Below are positions 24,915-36,411 of a DNA stretch of 64,000 nt, in pieces. The notes beneath the pieces are model-generated. The model was not told the origin of the DNA. It saw nothing but the letters and a program-made list of their open reading frames with translations, and did no database searches. Position numbers and translations under genes: made by a program. Position 1 is the stretch's first letter. Every line of letters starts with the position of its first letter. This stretch comes from Lama guanicoe (lineage: Eukaryota): the NCBI GenBank assembly GCA_013239625.1, contig MU053216.1:374001-438000 (forward strand), in the 5' to 3' direction.

Positions 24915-24984
24915 AAATATTAGGTGAGACCAACACACCTTATGAAAAAGGTGTTTTCAAGCTGGAAGTTAACATTCCTGAGAG
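24915..24984 (+). CDS. UBE2T: UBE2T exon 3
   Basis: Long T tract then AAAG| acceptor; (Q)ILGETNTPYEKGVFKLEVNIPE(R); donor AG|GTCAGT; 70 nt, frame continuous. Confidence 0.96.
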
Positions 24985-25929
24985 GTCAGTGTGAATTATA
25001 TTCTGAATTTCCAGGGGAAAGCACAGTTATTGGAAGACAGAGTGATGGAGTTGAGTGTTAAATGCAGGTGTTAAAGGACCTGGATTTTAATCCTGGTCTT
25101 ATCCTGACTTAATGTGACCTTAGGCAAGTTTTTTTGTTTATTTGTTTTGTGGAGGGGGGCAGATTATTTTATATCACTGGAGTTCAGTTTCTTTCTCTTA
25201 AAACTGGGCTAGATCACATCTGAAGTCCCCCCCCCTTTTCATTGTAGTAAAATATACATAAAAATGACCATTTAAACCACTTGAAGTGACAGTTCAGTGG
25301 CATTAAGCACATCCCCACTGTCCATCTCCAGAGCTGCCTCGTCTTCCCCAGCTGAAGCCCCACCCACACCTGGTCAGCTCCCAAGCCCTCCCTGGCACCT
25401 AGCAGCCCGTCTTTCTGTCTCTGTGATAAGGCACCTCTGACCCAGGTGTCCTGAAGGCATTCTTCAGGTGAGCTGCAGCTATGCAGTTTGTGATGTGTGG
25501 ACCCCGGCCAAACTGGTTAAAGCACTGGGAGAAGTGGCTGAGTCACGGGGCACACCAATTCTGCAAACAGACCGAGACTTTCCAAGGTTTGTGTCTCACT
25601 AAAGAGACGTAATAACCAAATGCAGTGTATAAATCAGAACTGGATCCTGTTTTCCAAAGCCTCTCTGTAAAAAAAAAAAAAAATTGGGATAGTTGAGGAA
25701 ATTGGAATAGCAGATGATATTGGGGGAAATTGTGAACTATTTTATAGGTTGACTGATAGTTTTGCAGTTACACAGGAGAGTGACCGTATTCTCAGGAGAT
25801 GCTGAAGTGTTTAGAGGGTGAAGTGACTTAATCCAAGTGGTGGGTGTAGAGGGTTTTCAAAACTATGATCTCAACTTTTCTGTTTATAAATTTCCATGAT
25901 AAAAATTTGGGGAAAGGCTGTCTTCCTGA

Positions 25930-26124
<195 letters not shown>

Positions 26125-26230
26125 TAGAGGGTTGACCCTTCGCCCTTTGTGGTCTCCGTCTGTAAAACCTGTGCCGAGAAGCACATTCTTAGTAACACAA
26201 GAGCCACTGCCCGTCTGTCTGTCTGTTCAG

Positions 26231-26329
26231 GGCGCCTGGAGACCGTCCCTCAACATTGCAGCCGTACTGACTTCTGTTCAGCAGCTCATGTCGGAGCCCA
26301 ACCCCGATGACCCACTCATGGCCGACATC
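26231..26329 (+). CDS. UBE2T: UBE2T exon 5
   Basis: [44 protein letters not shown]; 99 nt. Confidence 0.97.
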
Positions 26330-26453
26330 GTAAGAGCTTCCCCCCCCGCCGTGCCGCGGCCACGTTCCCCTCACCCCGTCTCCGCATGGTGGGGAGGGGA
26401 GCGGCCATAGTGACCGGTCACTTTTCTCTCCACTGACCCTGGTTTCATCTCAG

Positions 26454-26537
26454 TCCTCAGAATTCAAGTATAATAAGCCGGTCTTCCTCCAGAATGCCAG
26501 GCAGTGGACGGAGAAGCACGCGAGACAGAGGCAGGAG
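26454..26537 (+). CDS. UBE2T: UBE2T exon 6
   Basis: CTCAG| SSEFKYNKPVFLQNARQWTEKHARQRQE |GTACAG; 84 nt. Confidence 0.96.
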
Positions 26538-26995
26538 GTACAGCGTCTGCGCAGCTCCAGTGCTGCTGCATGGTCTGTGCTGCGCCCCAGGGTGGCGCGC
26601 TGGCCTGTTTTAACTGAGAAGGGACCATTTGCAGGAGTGTGGAGGGGCGGGGGGGTGCGGGAGGGAAGGGACCATCATGGAAGAAGGGAGAAGGAAAAAC
26701 TTCCCCGGTTTATGCTTACGGAGTTTCCTCCTATAACAACATCTGGAGTCCAGGAGCAGGTGGGCGCGCTCTGGCTCTCCCTGAGCTGCGCCGTGCTCCT
26801 GACTCAATGTAGTAGCGGCTCATGCTGCGTGTGAAAGAGCAAACGATTAAACCACGTAGGAGACTGAGGAGGATGTTCTTGGAGAGCGTGTCACACCCCA
26901 GAGGACACAGATGTCCTGGAGGTCGTGTTACAGCACAGTGCTGTCCGCCTGGTGCTGGTGTGAACTCTTAGTATTTCCTGTCCGCTCCTTTTTAG

Positions 26996-27142
26996 GCTGA
27001 TGAAGGAACGCCTGAAGATCTGCGCGAGGCAGGACACGTGGAGGGGCGCAGTGCAGCGCAGAAGAGGAGAGCCAGGCAGCTGGGAGGCACAGGAAAGAAA
27101 TTCTGCCCCGATGTTCAGAGGGTTTGTCCTGGGCCGTCTTAG
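26996..27142 (+). CDS. UBE2T: UBE2T exon 7, last coding exon (protein 204 aa)
   Basis: TTTTAG| ADEGTPEDLREAGHVEGRSAAQKRRARQLGGTGKKFCPDVQRVCPGPS* (TAG 27140-27142). Confidence 0.93.
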   Translation, partial: ADEGTPEDLREAGHVEGRSAAQKRRARQLGGTGKKFCPDVQRVCPGPS

Positions 27143-27336
27143 TCAATATAGTCTTTGCCAAGATGGTCCAACGTGCCTACATTTCTGGAATGTTTCTCTG
27201 TATTTGATGACATTACCATTTTTGTATCCTAAAAAACAGACCTTGTGTATTTGTATGTTCTGCCATGCATTGGCTCTCTGAGCTTAGTTTGTTTTATTTA
27301 GCTTGTATATATGTATTTCAGCTTTTAAACCTGAAA

Positions 27337-27342
27337 AATAAA
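27337..27342 (+). terminator. Polyadenylation signal of UBE2T
   Basis: AATAAA about 195 nt after the stop, followed by GT/T-rich sequence. Confidence 0.8.
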
Positions 27343-29714
27343 TAATTATTTAATTTTGAGTGTATGTTTATATTGAATGTGTGTCTGGGAGCAAACTGGC
27401 CAGAGAGCTGTGCAGTAAGAGTGCTGAAGTGCGTGCAGCTGTCTGCTTACTTTGCCAGCTCACCGGCATCGCTCAGACAGTGAGCGACGGACATGGTGCA
27501 GACAGCTGGAGAGACAGTTCAGTGACCACCTCACTTCCAGGACTCGAGGTTTTCAGAAGGCTTGACATGGTGGCTTAAGGTATGTGCCCTTTTGTTAATT
27601 TTTCTTGGAGCTTTCCCTGCCTGTGATTTACGTCACTGGTCAGCTCCCTCCCACGGAACGGGGGGTCACAGGGGCACCTGGCTCCCGAGTGGCTGTGGGA
27701 CTGACCGGGTACCGCGGGAAGAGTGCTGGCAGGGCCGGGCGTGGGGGCGGTCCAAACACGGGCAGCCCCAGAGGTGCCAGGAGAGCAAGGTTCCCTGAGT
27801 TAAGAGCAGAGGTGACCCTGTGACTGGTCAACCGCAGATTCCAAGTCCCCCCGCCCTGCTGCCCCCACTCCTCCCCAAAGGCCCCCAGGTGAGGACAGAT
27901 TGTACTACCCACCTTGTGGGTGTCTCAGCTGTCTGCCCCTTGGCTGCTGCGGGAATTCAGCACCTGCAAACAGAGCTGCTTCTCCAGCCGAGTGTGTGCG
28001 GCCCCTGCCTGGCCAGCTGCCGGGCAGCTGAGATCCCACACAGGGAAGCCTGGAGGGACCAGAAGAGGCCAGGGACGGGCGTAGGTGTGCTCTGCTGGGG
28101 AGCACAGTCCACTTCCTCCTTGCTTTTCAGCAAGTGGCCCCCAGAGAGCACCCTCCCCTCCAGCCCTCAGCCTCCATTGGTGACAGGCTGTCCAGTGAGT
28201 CTTCCTCCCTGCCCCCTCCCACCAGACTAGACCCCTTCCTCCCACTGCCTGTGTCCTTTAACCAGGACCTGCAACTCTGTGCTTCACAAGATGTCTGCAG
28301 GGCCGTCTTCCCCGAGACCTCCCATCAGAGGCAGCTTCTGGGGGGAGTCAGTGTCTGGGTTTTCCCTAGATAGGGTCAGGTGGTGAGGTGGTCCCTTTGG
28401 GGGACACGCGGCTCTCCCTGTGCTGATGGCTCCCCACTGACCTCTGCATGTTTTTCGGGGCTTCACGCCCACCTCCCCGGGGCCCTCCTTTTCCGCCTCA
28501 AGCAGTCTCAAGGCTGGGCGGGAAGACAGCTCAGAGTGTCCTCATTTTTGAATAAAGTCACGATAACAGCTCACGCTTCTCAAGCGTGTACTGTGTGCCA
28601 GGCGCCAAGCTCAGCTCTACGCGAGGCCTCTCTGCTCTTCCCGGTGACCTTCAGAGTGCAGTTGCTGTTGCTGTTTCTACTCTGCTGGTGACGACACGGA
28701 GAAGTCAGCAGGACCCCGGCCCCCGGCTGTCGCCAAGCCCAGGCCTGTGACTCCAGAACCACTCGTAACGACGGCGGACACTTCTGACGTGTGCACGTCT
28801 GTCCCCTGAGGCCCCAGAGTGGCCCAGGGGTGGCCGGCCGCACCCCCCTCCGCAAGACGAGGCGAGGCTTCGTGCTCTAAGGTGCGTCCCAGTGCGATGC
28901 CCAGCGGTTCTGTGATGCCAAAGCCACCCGTGAGGTCTGAGGGCAGGGCCTGCAGGTGTCGGCTTAACTTCAGTTACCGCCTCATCTCCCCCTGCCCAGC
29001 CTCTCCCCTCCTCCAGCACGCACTCTCTTGCCCAGGGACCCCTCTCCCCACCTGATAGCCCATCCCGACCATGCTCCTTGTCTGCTGAAACCCCATTCAC
29101 ACCCGCCCTCTCCCCCAGGAGCTGACGGGTCAGCGGGGTTACCTGGGTGCCATGGGTGGGGGAGGCAGCGAGGGGTCTCTCTGGCTCCTCCTCGGGGCGA
29201 GTGGCAGGGCTCTAACACTCCCCGGGGCAAACCCACTGTTGGCTCATGAATGGAAGTCCAGTCGGGCTTCCCGACTGCTGTCTCCAGAAGCACTGGTGAT
29301 GGGAGCCCATCCTGGGACCAGTTACTGTGGCAAAGAACAAGCTAAGAAGCCTGGGTCGCGGCCCACCCCGGGCCTGGAGCTCCCAGAAGGAGAAAGGCCA
29401 GCGGCGGCTAGAGCAGCAGGGCAGCCCGGCCCGAGGAGAGGGCACCACGGGGTGGGGCTTTGGCCGCTGCAGTGTCCCAGGAAGGAGCTGTTAGAGAGAA
29501 GAGGGTTGGGGACGCCACCGCTGCCAGCCTGCTTTCCTTTGAGGGGGCTGTGGTTACCGGCCGGGCAGCTGAGTTGAGTGGCCGATCTCGGGGACAGGAT
29601 GGGCCCCTTCAGACAAGAGGCGTCTGCTGCTCTGTGACCCCACCTCCTGGCTGACGTCCTCTTCAGGGTGAGGTCTGCTTAGGTGTCTCCATCTCTGCTG
29701 ATTCATTTATCCCA

Positions 29715-29893
29715 CATAGACCAGGTAATGCACTGGGCACGTTCTATGTGTTGTTTTAAAATTATCTTCACGATTTTTGAGTTTGAGATTATTACTCCTA
29801 TTTTACACGTGGGCAAGATAAGACTCGGTGATTAATCCGACAGAATTCACTCAGCTAGTAGGTGGTTTAGCTGTGGATTAAACTCAGGTCTTC
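29715..29893 (-). mobile_element. MIR remnant
   Basis: CCAGGTAATGCACTGGGCAC...ATTATTACTCCTATTTTACAC...CAGCTAGTAGGTGG...GGATTAAACTCAGGTCT. Confidence 0.55.
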
Positions 29894-29904
29894 GGAGATG
29901 TATT

Positions 29905-30101
29905 TTTTTTTTAACATTTTCTATTGATTTATAATCATTTTACAATGTTGTGTCAAATTCCAGTGTAGAGCACAGTTTTTCAGTTATACATGAACATATA
30001 TATATTTCTTGTCACAGTTTTTCCTCTGTGAGCCACCATAAGATCTTGTGTATATTTCCCTGTGCTTTACAGTATAATCTTGTTTATCTATTCTACAATT
30101 T
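29905..30101 (-). mobile_element. Young short L1 3' end, same family as 19337-19785
   Basis: Reverse complement closely matches about 19570-19760; perfect TSD GGAGATGTATT (29894-29904, 30102-30112). Confidence 0.9.
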
Positions 30102-30204
30102 GGAGATGTATTAATTTCTTAATTCTGTTTTTTTTTCCCAACAGAAATTAACTGAACACCTTCTTTGTGAAAAAGGTTGAAGATACAACAGTGTGTGAAA
30201 CCAG

Positions 30205-30314
30205 CAGGTCCCCTCTGCTGGACCCTCCCCACCATGTCCTCTGTCCCCTGGGGGCAGCCAGGTCCCCTCTGCTGGACCCTCCCCGCCATGTCCACTGTCC
30301 CCTGGGGGCAGCCA
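30205..30314. repeat. 54-bp tandem duplication
   Basis: CAGGTCCCCTCTGCTGGACCCTCCCC(A/G)CCATGTCC(T/A)CTGTCCCCTGGGGGCAGC twice, 2 mismatches. Confidence 0.92.
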
Positions 30315-33300
30315 CGCCTTGTCCAGCAGGACCCTACACATGGCCATCCATGCACTGCGCCAGGAGATGGGCCTGGCCTAAGGGATCGGCCCATCAGTTG
30401 ACCTTTGACCTATGACCCGGCTGGTCAGATAAGTTCTCACTCAGTCTCCGAGGACACTGCCCATGGACAGGCTGAAAGGAAACAGGGCCACCAGCCTGGG
30501 AGCTGGGGCAGAGGACGCACTGGGAGGGCACCTGAGGGCAGAGGTTACAGGTACACAGAAGCCTCCAGGTAAAGAAAAAAATCCCGACACTCAGAAGCCA
30601 CCCTTGGCCCACTTCCGGGAAGACGTCTGCAGACGTGCTTACACGTGCGGGGCAGCCTCGTTCTGAGAGGGCTCATGGTGGTGCTCTTTGTAAGAGCAAA
30701 GATTGAGACACCCAAATGTCCGAGAGAAGGGGACGAATCACAGGCATGGTGTGTCTGCGTAACTGGGGAAAGCCAAATGTTTTACAAATGATGTTAGCTA
30801 AGCAGCAGGTGCACCAAGCAGAGCAGAACTGTGGCAGGCGGGCTCTTTGGAGGGAGAAGGATGAGAACACAGGTGCATCTGTCTGGCTGTGCCTGAAGAC
30901 CCCGGAGGCAGAACCGGTGAGGGCTGGGACGTGGGAAAAGACGCACGGTCTCTGAACCATGTGAATGGACTGCTTACTCAAAACCAAATTCATGGAAGGT
31001 CTGTAACTGAAAGGTGGTGAGGAGGAGCTGGCTAACGGGGCGCCTGCGGCCCGTCTCTGAGAGCAGAGCAGCCCTCAGCTGGCAGCAGGGTGACAGCCCC
31101 CCTGCCCTTTCTGGTCCTAGATGTGTGGAGACACTGCCTCCGCTGCCGCTCCGCACAAGTAGACAGCCTGGCAAGAGCAGCTGTGGCCTCGCCTGCAGTA
31201 GGGCCAGAGGGACGGAGGGGCTTGAAGTCCTGTCCTCAAGAAGAGGGGCCTGGCCTCCTGAAGGCACCGCTGTTCTCCCAGAGGGGCGCTGGGCGCTGGG
31301 CTCTCATCCCCGAGCTCGCAGGTTTTCCTTGAGCTCAAACCGTCTCCCTCCCTCCCTGCCCTCGAGAGGGGCCCACACAGTTGTCTTGGGGGCACCATTC
31401 CCCTGGAAGCAAGGCTGGGGGAGAAGATCCCCAAGGCCAAGGGGGAGACGGCCGCCCAAGGACAGGAAAGCGAGCTGCCTCCGGAGGGCCATGGCATCTG
31501 GAAACCCCAGAAGCAGGCCTGGGTCTGGAAGCTGCCCAGAATCTGAGCAACAGACAGGCCAGCTTGTTCACTGCTTCCTCCAAACTCTTCTCTCTAACCC
31601 AGTACCGCGCACACAAGGGCACCTAAACACGAGTGAGTGGGACTGCCTCTGCTCCCTCTGTGTGCTCAGTGACACCAGCCCCCGGGCCGTGCCGATGCCC
31701 CAGGGCCCAGGGGACATGTGCGCCCGTCCCCAAGCAGCTCCCGCTCCCCACCCTCTCCAGAGGAGAGAGGGGAGACTAGGGACATCGACCCCCACTGCTG
31801 TACTACCACCAGGAGGACCCAAATATTGGCATCTCGGCTGCGGGGCGTGGGGCGGCCCAAAGGGACAGGGCTGTGGGTGGGAGGACTCGCTGCTCCAGGG
31901 CAGAGGTAGCCAGGAGACAGGCTGGAAGGGCCGAGGACTCTGGCCACCTCCCACCGCCCTCACTTCTTGGCCTGCGAGGGACTGCGTCTGCCCTTCCTCC
32001 CTCCCTGCTCACTCCTGAAACCTGCGGTTCTCCCAGGAGAGGAAAGCTGAGGGTGAGGTGGACACAGGAAGGCAGAGAGGGGCCCTGTGCAGCCCAGCCT
32101 TCCAATCCCAGCTTGAGCAGGATTTCCCGGCAAGTGGGCCGAGGTGCTGGGAGTTCCCCAGTGGGTCCGAGAGGAGATGGGAGGGCACGGCTGCCCAGGC
32201 AGGACACGGACCCAACGCCTCGGCCACCGCAGCCCCTCAGACGGATGTGCGCTGACATCGCTGCGTTATTGGCAGACTCCTAATTTTGAGTCTAATCAAA
32301 GAGATAAGTAAGCTTCACAGTATTCTGAGTAACCCTCGGACTTGTTGGAAGACCAGGCGAACACAGAGAGACTTTCCTTCTCTCACTTCGGGTAAGTGCA
32401 CAACCTCCACTGGGCTTTTGGAGTGAAGACAACAGTTTGTGGGACCACCTCTGCCTCCTCCCTCCACACCCGCCCCCCACCAGCTGGAGGCTGGGCAGGT
32501 CCCGGGTCTGTTGGAGCAGGTGGAGGACGGCCGCGGGCCACCTGCAAGCTCGTGGCTTTCCGTGGACCAGGACGCCTGCCCCCATGACTCCGGCTCCAAC
32601 GAGGCCCCTCCCCATGTGCCACTCGCACTGCGGCCCTGACTCTGGGGGCACTGGTTGCGGGCTGGGGGGGCAGCTGTGAGGAAGGGGACAACTTCCTACA
32701 AGTCAAGGCTCACCAGTCACCCCACCTTTGTCTCCATCCGTGGGGCGACTCAGAGCTCCTTCCCATGTAGGAGTCACCGCCTCGTGGCACCCAAGGCAGA
32801 GCAAACGCCTCCCATTCAAGGCTCAGATCAGCCCCGGGAAGGAGGGAGCCCCAGGTTCCCGGTCACCGACAGTTAAGTAGTTGGGGGAACTGGGTTAGAC
32901 CAAGCTGGACAGATTCCGCTGCTGCCTTGTGCCGTCAGCCTCAAAGGGAGGGTCCCGTTTCCCAAACTCACTTTCACAAGGCGTCCCTTTCCATGGCGTA
33001 TTGAAGACCAGCTGACTCAGAACACATTCTGCATCCAGTCCACGAGGCGTTGGGGGGGGGTGCCTGTGGCAGCCCCTCCGAGCCTTTCTCGTCTCCTGCC
33101 CACCACACCCTGACCCTGGACCCTCTGGGCCCCCAGCCCAGTCACTGTCCTTCACTCCCCTCACCTCCCTCAGCAGACAAACATCAAGACCCGGGTTCTC
33201 AGTTTCACAAGCGACAAGGAAGAGGTCAGAACGAGGCCACGGGGACACCAGGCCACGGACATGCAGGCAATGGCCCAGGGGAGAGGAGGCCAGTGGGCAG

Positions 33301-33343
33301 GGACAGGCCACCTGCTTCCCGGTTACACTGAGTTTCGGTTGAA

Positions 33344-33349
33344 TTTATT
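33344..33349 (-). terminator. Candidate polyadenylation signal of LGR6
   Basis: TTTATT on plus (AATAAA on minus), about 75 nt after the stop. Confidence 0.55.
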
Positions 33350-33422
33350 TTACAAGCTGCGTTCATTCGTTGTTGGGGGAGAGGGGACAGAAGCAGGGTG
33401 TGGGGGGAGACATTTAAAACAT

Positions 33423-34651
33423 TTATAAGTGTGAGGCAAAGGCCGAGCCAGAGAAGCCCCTGCCCCCTGACCAGCCCCCGCCCACCGGCACAGCCCCCTC
33501 AGCTCCCAGAAGCAGTCCGTCCGTGGAGAGTGGCCGGTTCCCAAAGCAGGTTTCCACCGGCTCTGCAAAGTGGCCCCCTGGCTGCCGGCGGGAGGCAAGG
33601 GTCACTGGGGGGAGGCCATAGGTCTCCAGCCCGGGGTGCGGCCTGGCCTCAGGGGCGGCCAGGACGAGATCCACATCGGAGAAGGCCACCAAGGCCTGGG
33701 TGGAGTCGCAGGAGCTCTGCTCCAGCTTGCCCGCGGCCGTGTAGGGGAGGGGACCGGGGGCCCCCAGGCAGGGCCGCAGCCACCGCAGGTCCTCCCGGAC
33801 GCGGGGACTGAAGAGCAGGTACAGCAGGGGGTTGAGACAGGCGGGCAGTGGCAGCACCACCAGCAGGACGGCCTTGACGGCCTCGGGGGTGACTGGGAAG
33901 AGGCCCAGCGCGGAGGCGGAGCTGAGGAAAGCCACGGGGCAGTAGAGGAGCCCGTCAGCGAAGGTGAGCCAGGCCACGTGGCGCACGGTGGCGCAGTCCC
34001 ACACAGCCTCCAGGTCACCCCTGGGCAGGTTGCAGGAGAGCTTGACGTAGGCGGCAGCCACCACCAGGAAACAGAAGGAGTTGAGCATCACCAGGGCCAC
34101 AGCAAAGCCCAGGGCAGTGGGCTGGCCGTCGGGTGGGGTGTAGGGCAGGCAGAGCGGGGAGGTCCCATACTCCCCAATGGAAGCCAGCGGCAGGGTGGCT
34201 GCCAGTCCTGCCAGCAACAGGCAGCCCAGGGCCCCCGCCCGCACGCTGCCAGGAGAGGGCGCCTTCCCGTGGGCCCGCACGCAGGACACGGCCGCGCTGC
34301 AGTGCACGGCCGCCAGAGTCAGCAGCAGCACAGAGGCCTCTGACCCCAGCACGGCCAGGAAGCCCGTGGCCTGGCAGCCCAGCCCCACCTCCCAGTGGGC
34401 GCCGTACTCTGCAAACCGGCCGAAGGTCAAGGCGTCGACGGAGGCGAGGAGGCCACAGGAGAGGCCGGTCAGGGTGTTGGCGCCCGCGATGGCCCCCACC
34501 ACAAACTTGTCCGGGGGCAGGGGGCCAGGCCCGCCCGCGAACACGCTCAGCAGCACCAGCCCGTTACAGAGCAGCGAGAGCAGCACAACGGCCCACACGG
34601 CCAGGCGGATGCCCCAGCTCCCGAACAGGTGCTCGCAGGGCTTGAGGGGGC
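33423..34651 (-). CDS. LGR6: Leucine-rich repeat-containing GPCR 6, last exon (exon 18): 7TM domain and C-tail
   Basis: Acceptor CCGTAG| then [20 protein letters not shown]...; seven hydrophobic segments, CPVAF in TM6, NPLLY (NPxxY) in TM7, tail [17 protein letters not shown]...FASHL*; TAA at 33423-33425. Confidence 0.97.
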
Positions 34652-36330
34652 CTACGGGAGAGAGAACCGCACGCTCGTCCTGGGCGCAGCGCAGCCTCTG
34701 CCTTCTGGGGGGCGGGGCTGGGGGAATAGTGGGGACACAAGGAGGTCTTCCACGGAGCTGCAGGGGGGTTCGCTCACCCAGGACGTATGGAAAACAGCAT
34801 GAGAGAAACGTGCGCGCAGTCCAGACCACACGCAACAGCACAGACAGGCAGCACAAGCCCCGCCCGGAGGAGAGGGTAGGGAAAGAAGTCCCCCCACGGA
34901 GCAGTGTCTGGAAGAAAGGACAGGATGGCTGGCCTGAGGAGTGCAGAGGCACCAGCCCTGGGGACAGGCTGGGGAGACCCACGGGGGAGCCAGGGGTGCC
35001 GGGCCCCACCAGGCAGCGGCCCCAGGGGCCTCTCTGCCTCTGCAGCCACGTTCAACGCTCCCGACCCAGTCGTCCTGGGAGGCAAAGCCTGCTGGGCAAG
35101 TCAGAGTAAGGGGGCCTCCTGTAGCTCTGGACACGCCGTTTCCTCCCTGCTTTTGACCTTAGACCCTTGTTCTTCAGTGTGCTGCTCGGCAGCTTAGGAA
35201 TTTGAGAGGCTTTTGTGGAAGCTATTTCTTAAGCATATTTCCCCCTTGATTACCAAATAATAGATGGCAGCTGTAGAAAAATTGGGAAACGTAGCACGGA
35301 AAAATTAAGCCTCTTATGATTCTGCCCCTTGGCGAAAACTCATCGTTCTGCTGTTTCCTATCAGCATTTTTAAAACACACATGCACATACAGGTTTTAAA
35401 CTAAATCGGGACTTCACTGTGTATAGCTCCCTATGCTCTTTTTTAAGTTAAAGTTTTATTATGCACAGTTTCCCACGTCTCACGTTCCTCAAACGCCTGT
35501 TTCAGGCGTCTGTGCCGTGAAAGTACACGCACCGGAATTAATTTGGCTATTGTGAAGGCGATTGCGAGTGAGTTTGTCTCTCGGAGCTTCGTGACCCCAC
35601 GGGTTTTCAGCGATGGAACCCCTGGGTTCCAGGCCTGGAAGCCCCACCTGCCCTCCAGGTGCGCTTGCCGCCGCTGGCACTAGAGGGCGCGCTGCAGCCT
35701 CCGAGCGCGGAGCGCAGGTGCTGGGGGCCTTCGAGGGGCCCCGCTGGGGTGGAGGGGATGGACTGGAAAGGGCGGGAGGGACGTCGGCCACTGCCCTCTG
35801 CTTCTCCTGAGCGGATCCTATCCTGCCCTTCGGGGCGGCCCGCGGCGGTTTGTACCCACGGGAGGGGGCATCACGCTAAACAGAGGGTGGGCTGTGCCCA
35901 GGAGGAGAATTTTCTCTCTCCCGACAGCAAGACAGATTTAGGTCGGCTGCAGGGGGCAGGCAGTGCTGGGCCAAGCTACCCAGGGACACCATGCAGTCTT
36001 ACAGCCAGAGGGCTGTAAGCACGAGAGACGGCAGACCAGGGGTCCCGCAGGGCTCGTGGAGCCCCAGGACTCAGCCTCAGACAGAGGGAGCAGTGGGGCC
36101 AAGACATCCTCCCTGCTTCTCGCAGTGTATGAGCCCTCACTGGTGATTTGTGACTGTTGCTTTGACTCCCCTCCTCCACAGCCACTCCCCCAAGCAGCCA
36201 CCCAAGGGACGGAACTCCAGCCCCTTCCCCAGGAATGACCAGAGGGGGCTGTCCTCCTCCAGCAGGCCCGGCCCCGGGCTGAACTCATCAAAGAGCCCCC
36301 CTCCCCCAGCCCCTGCCCTCCCCACCTCAC

Positions 36331-36411
36331 CTGGAAGAGGACTGCACTGGACACTGCGGTGTGGCCTGGCATCCTCCATCTCAAGCTGGAGCTCGTCCGG
36401 GTCCAGGTCAT
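36331..36411 (-). CDS. LGR6: LGR6 exon 17 (hinge)
   Basis: (Y)DLDPDELQLEMEDARPHRSVQCSPLP(G); AG/GT bounded; 81 nt, phase 1-1. Confidence 0.94.

Noticed and set aside
34652..35009. N-terminal ~119 aa of the 528-aa ORF
   Set aside because: Open intronic sequence upstream of the LGR6 exon 18 acceptor; similarity starts only at GPLKPCE.
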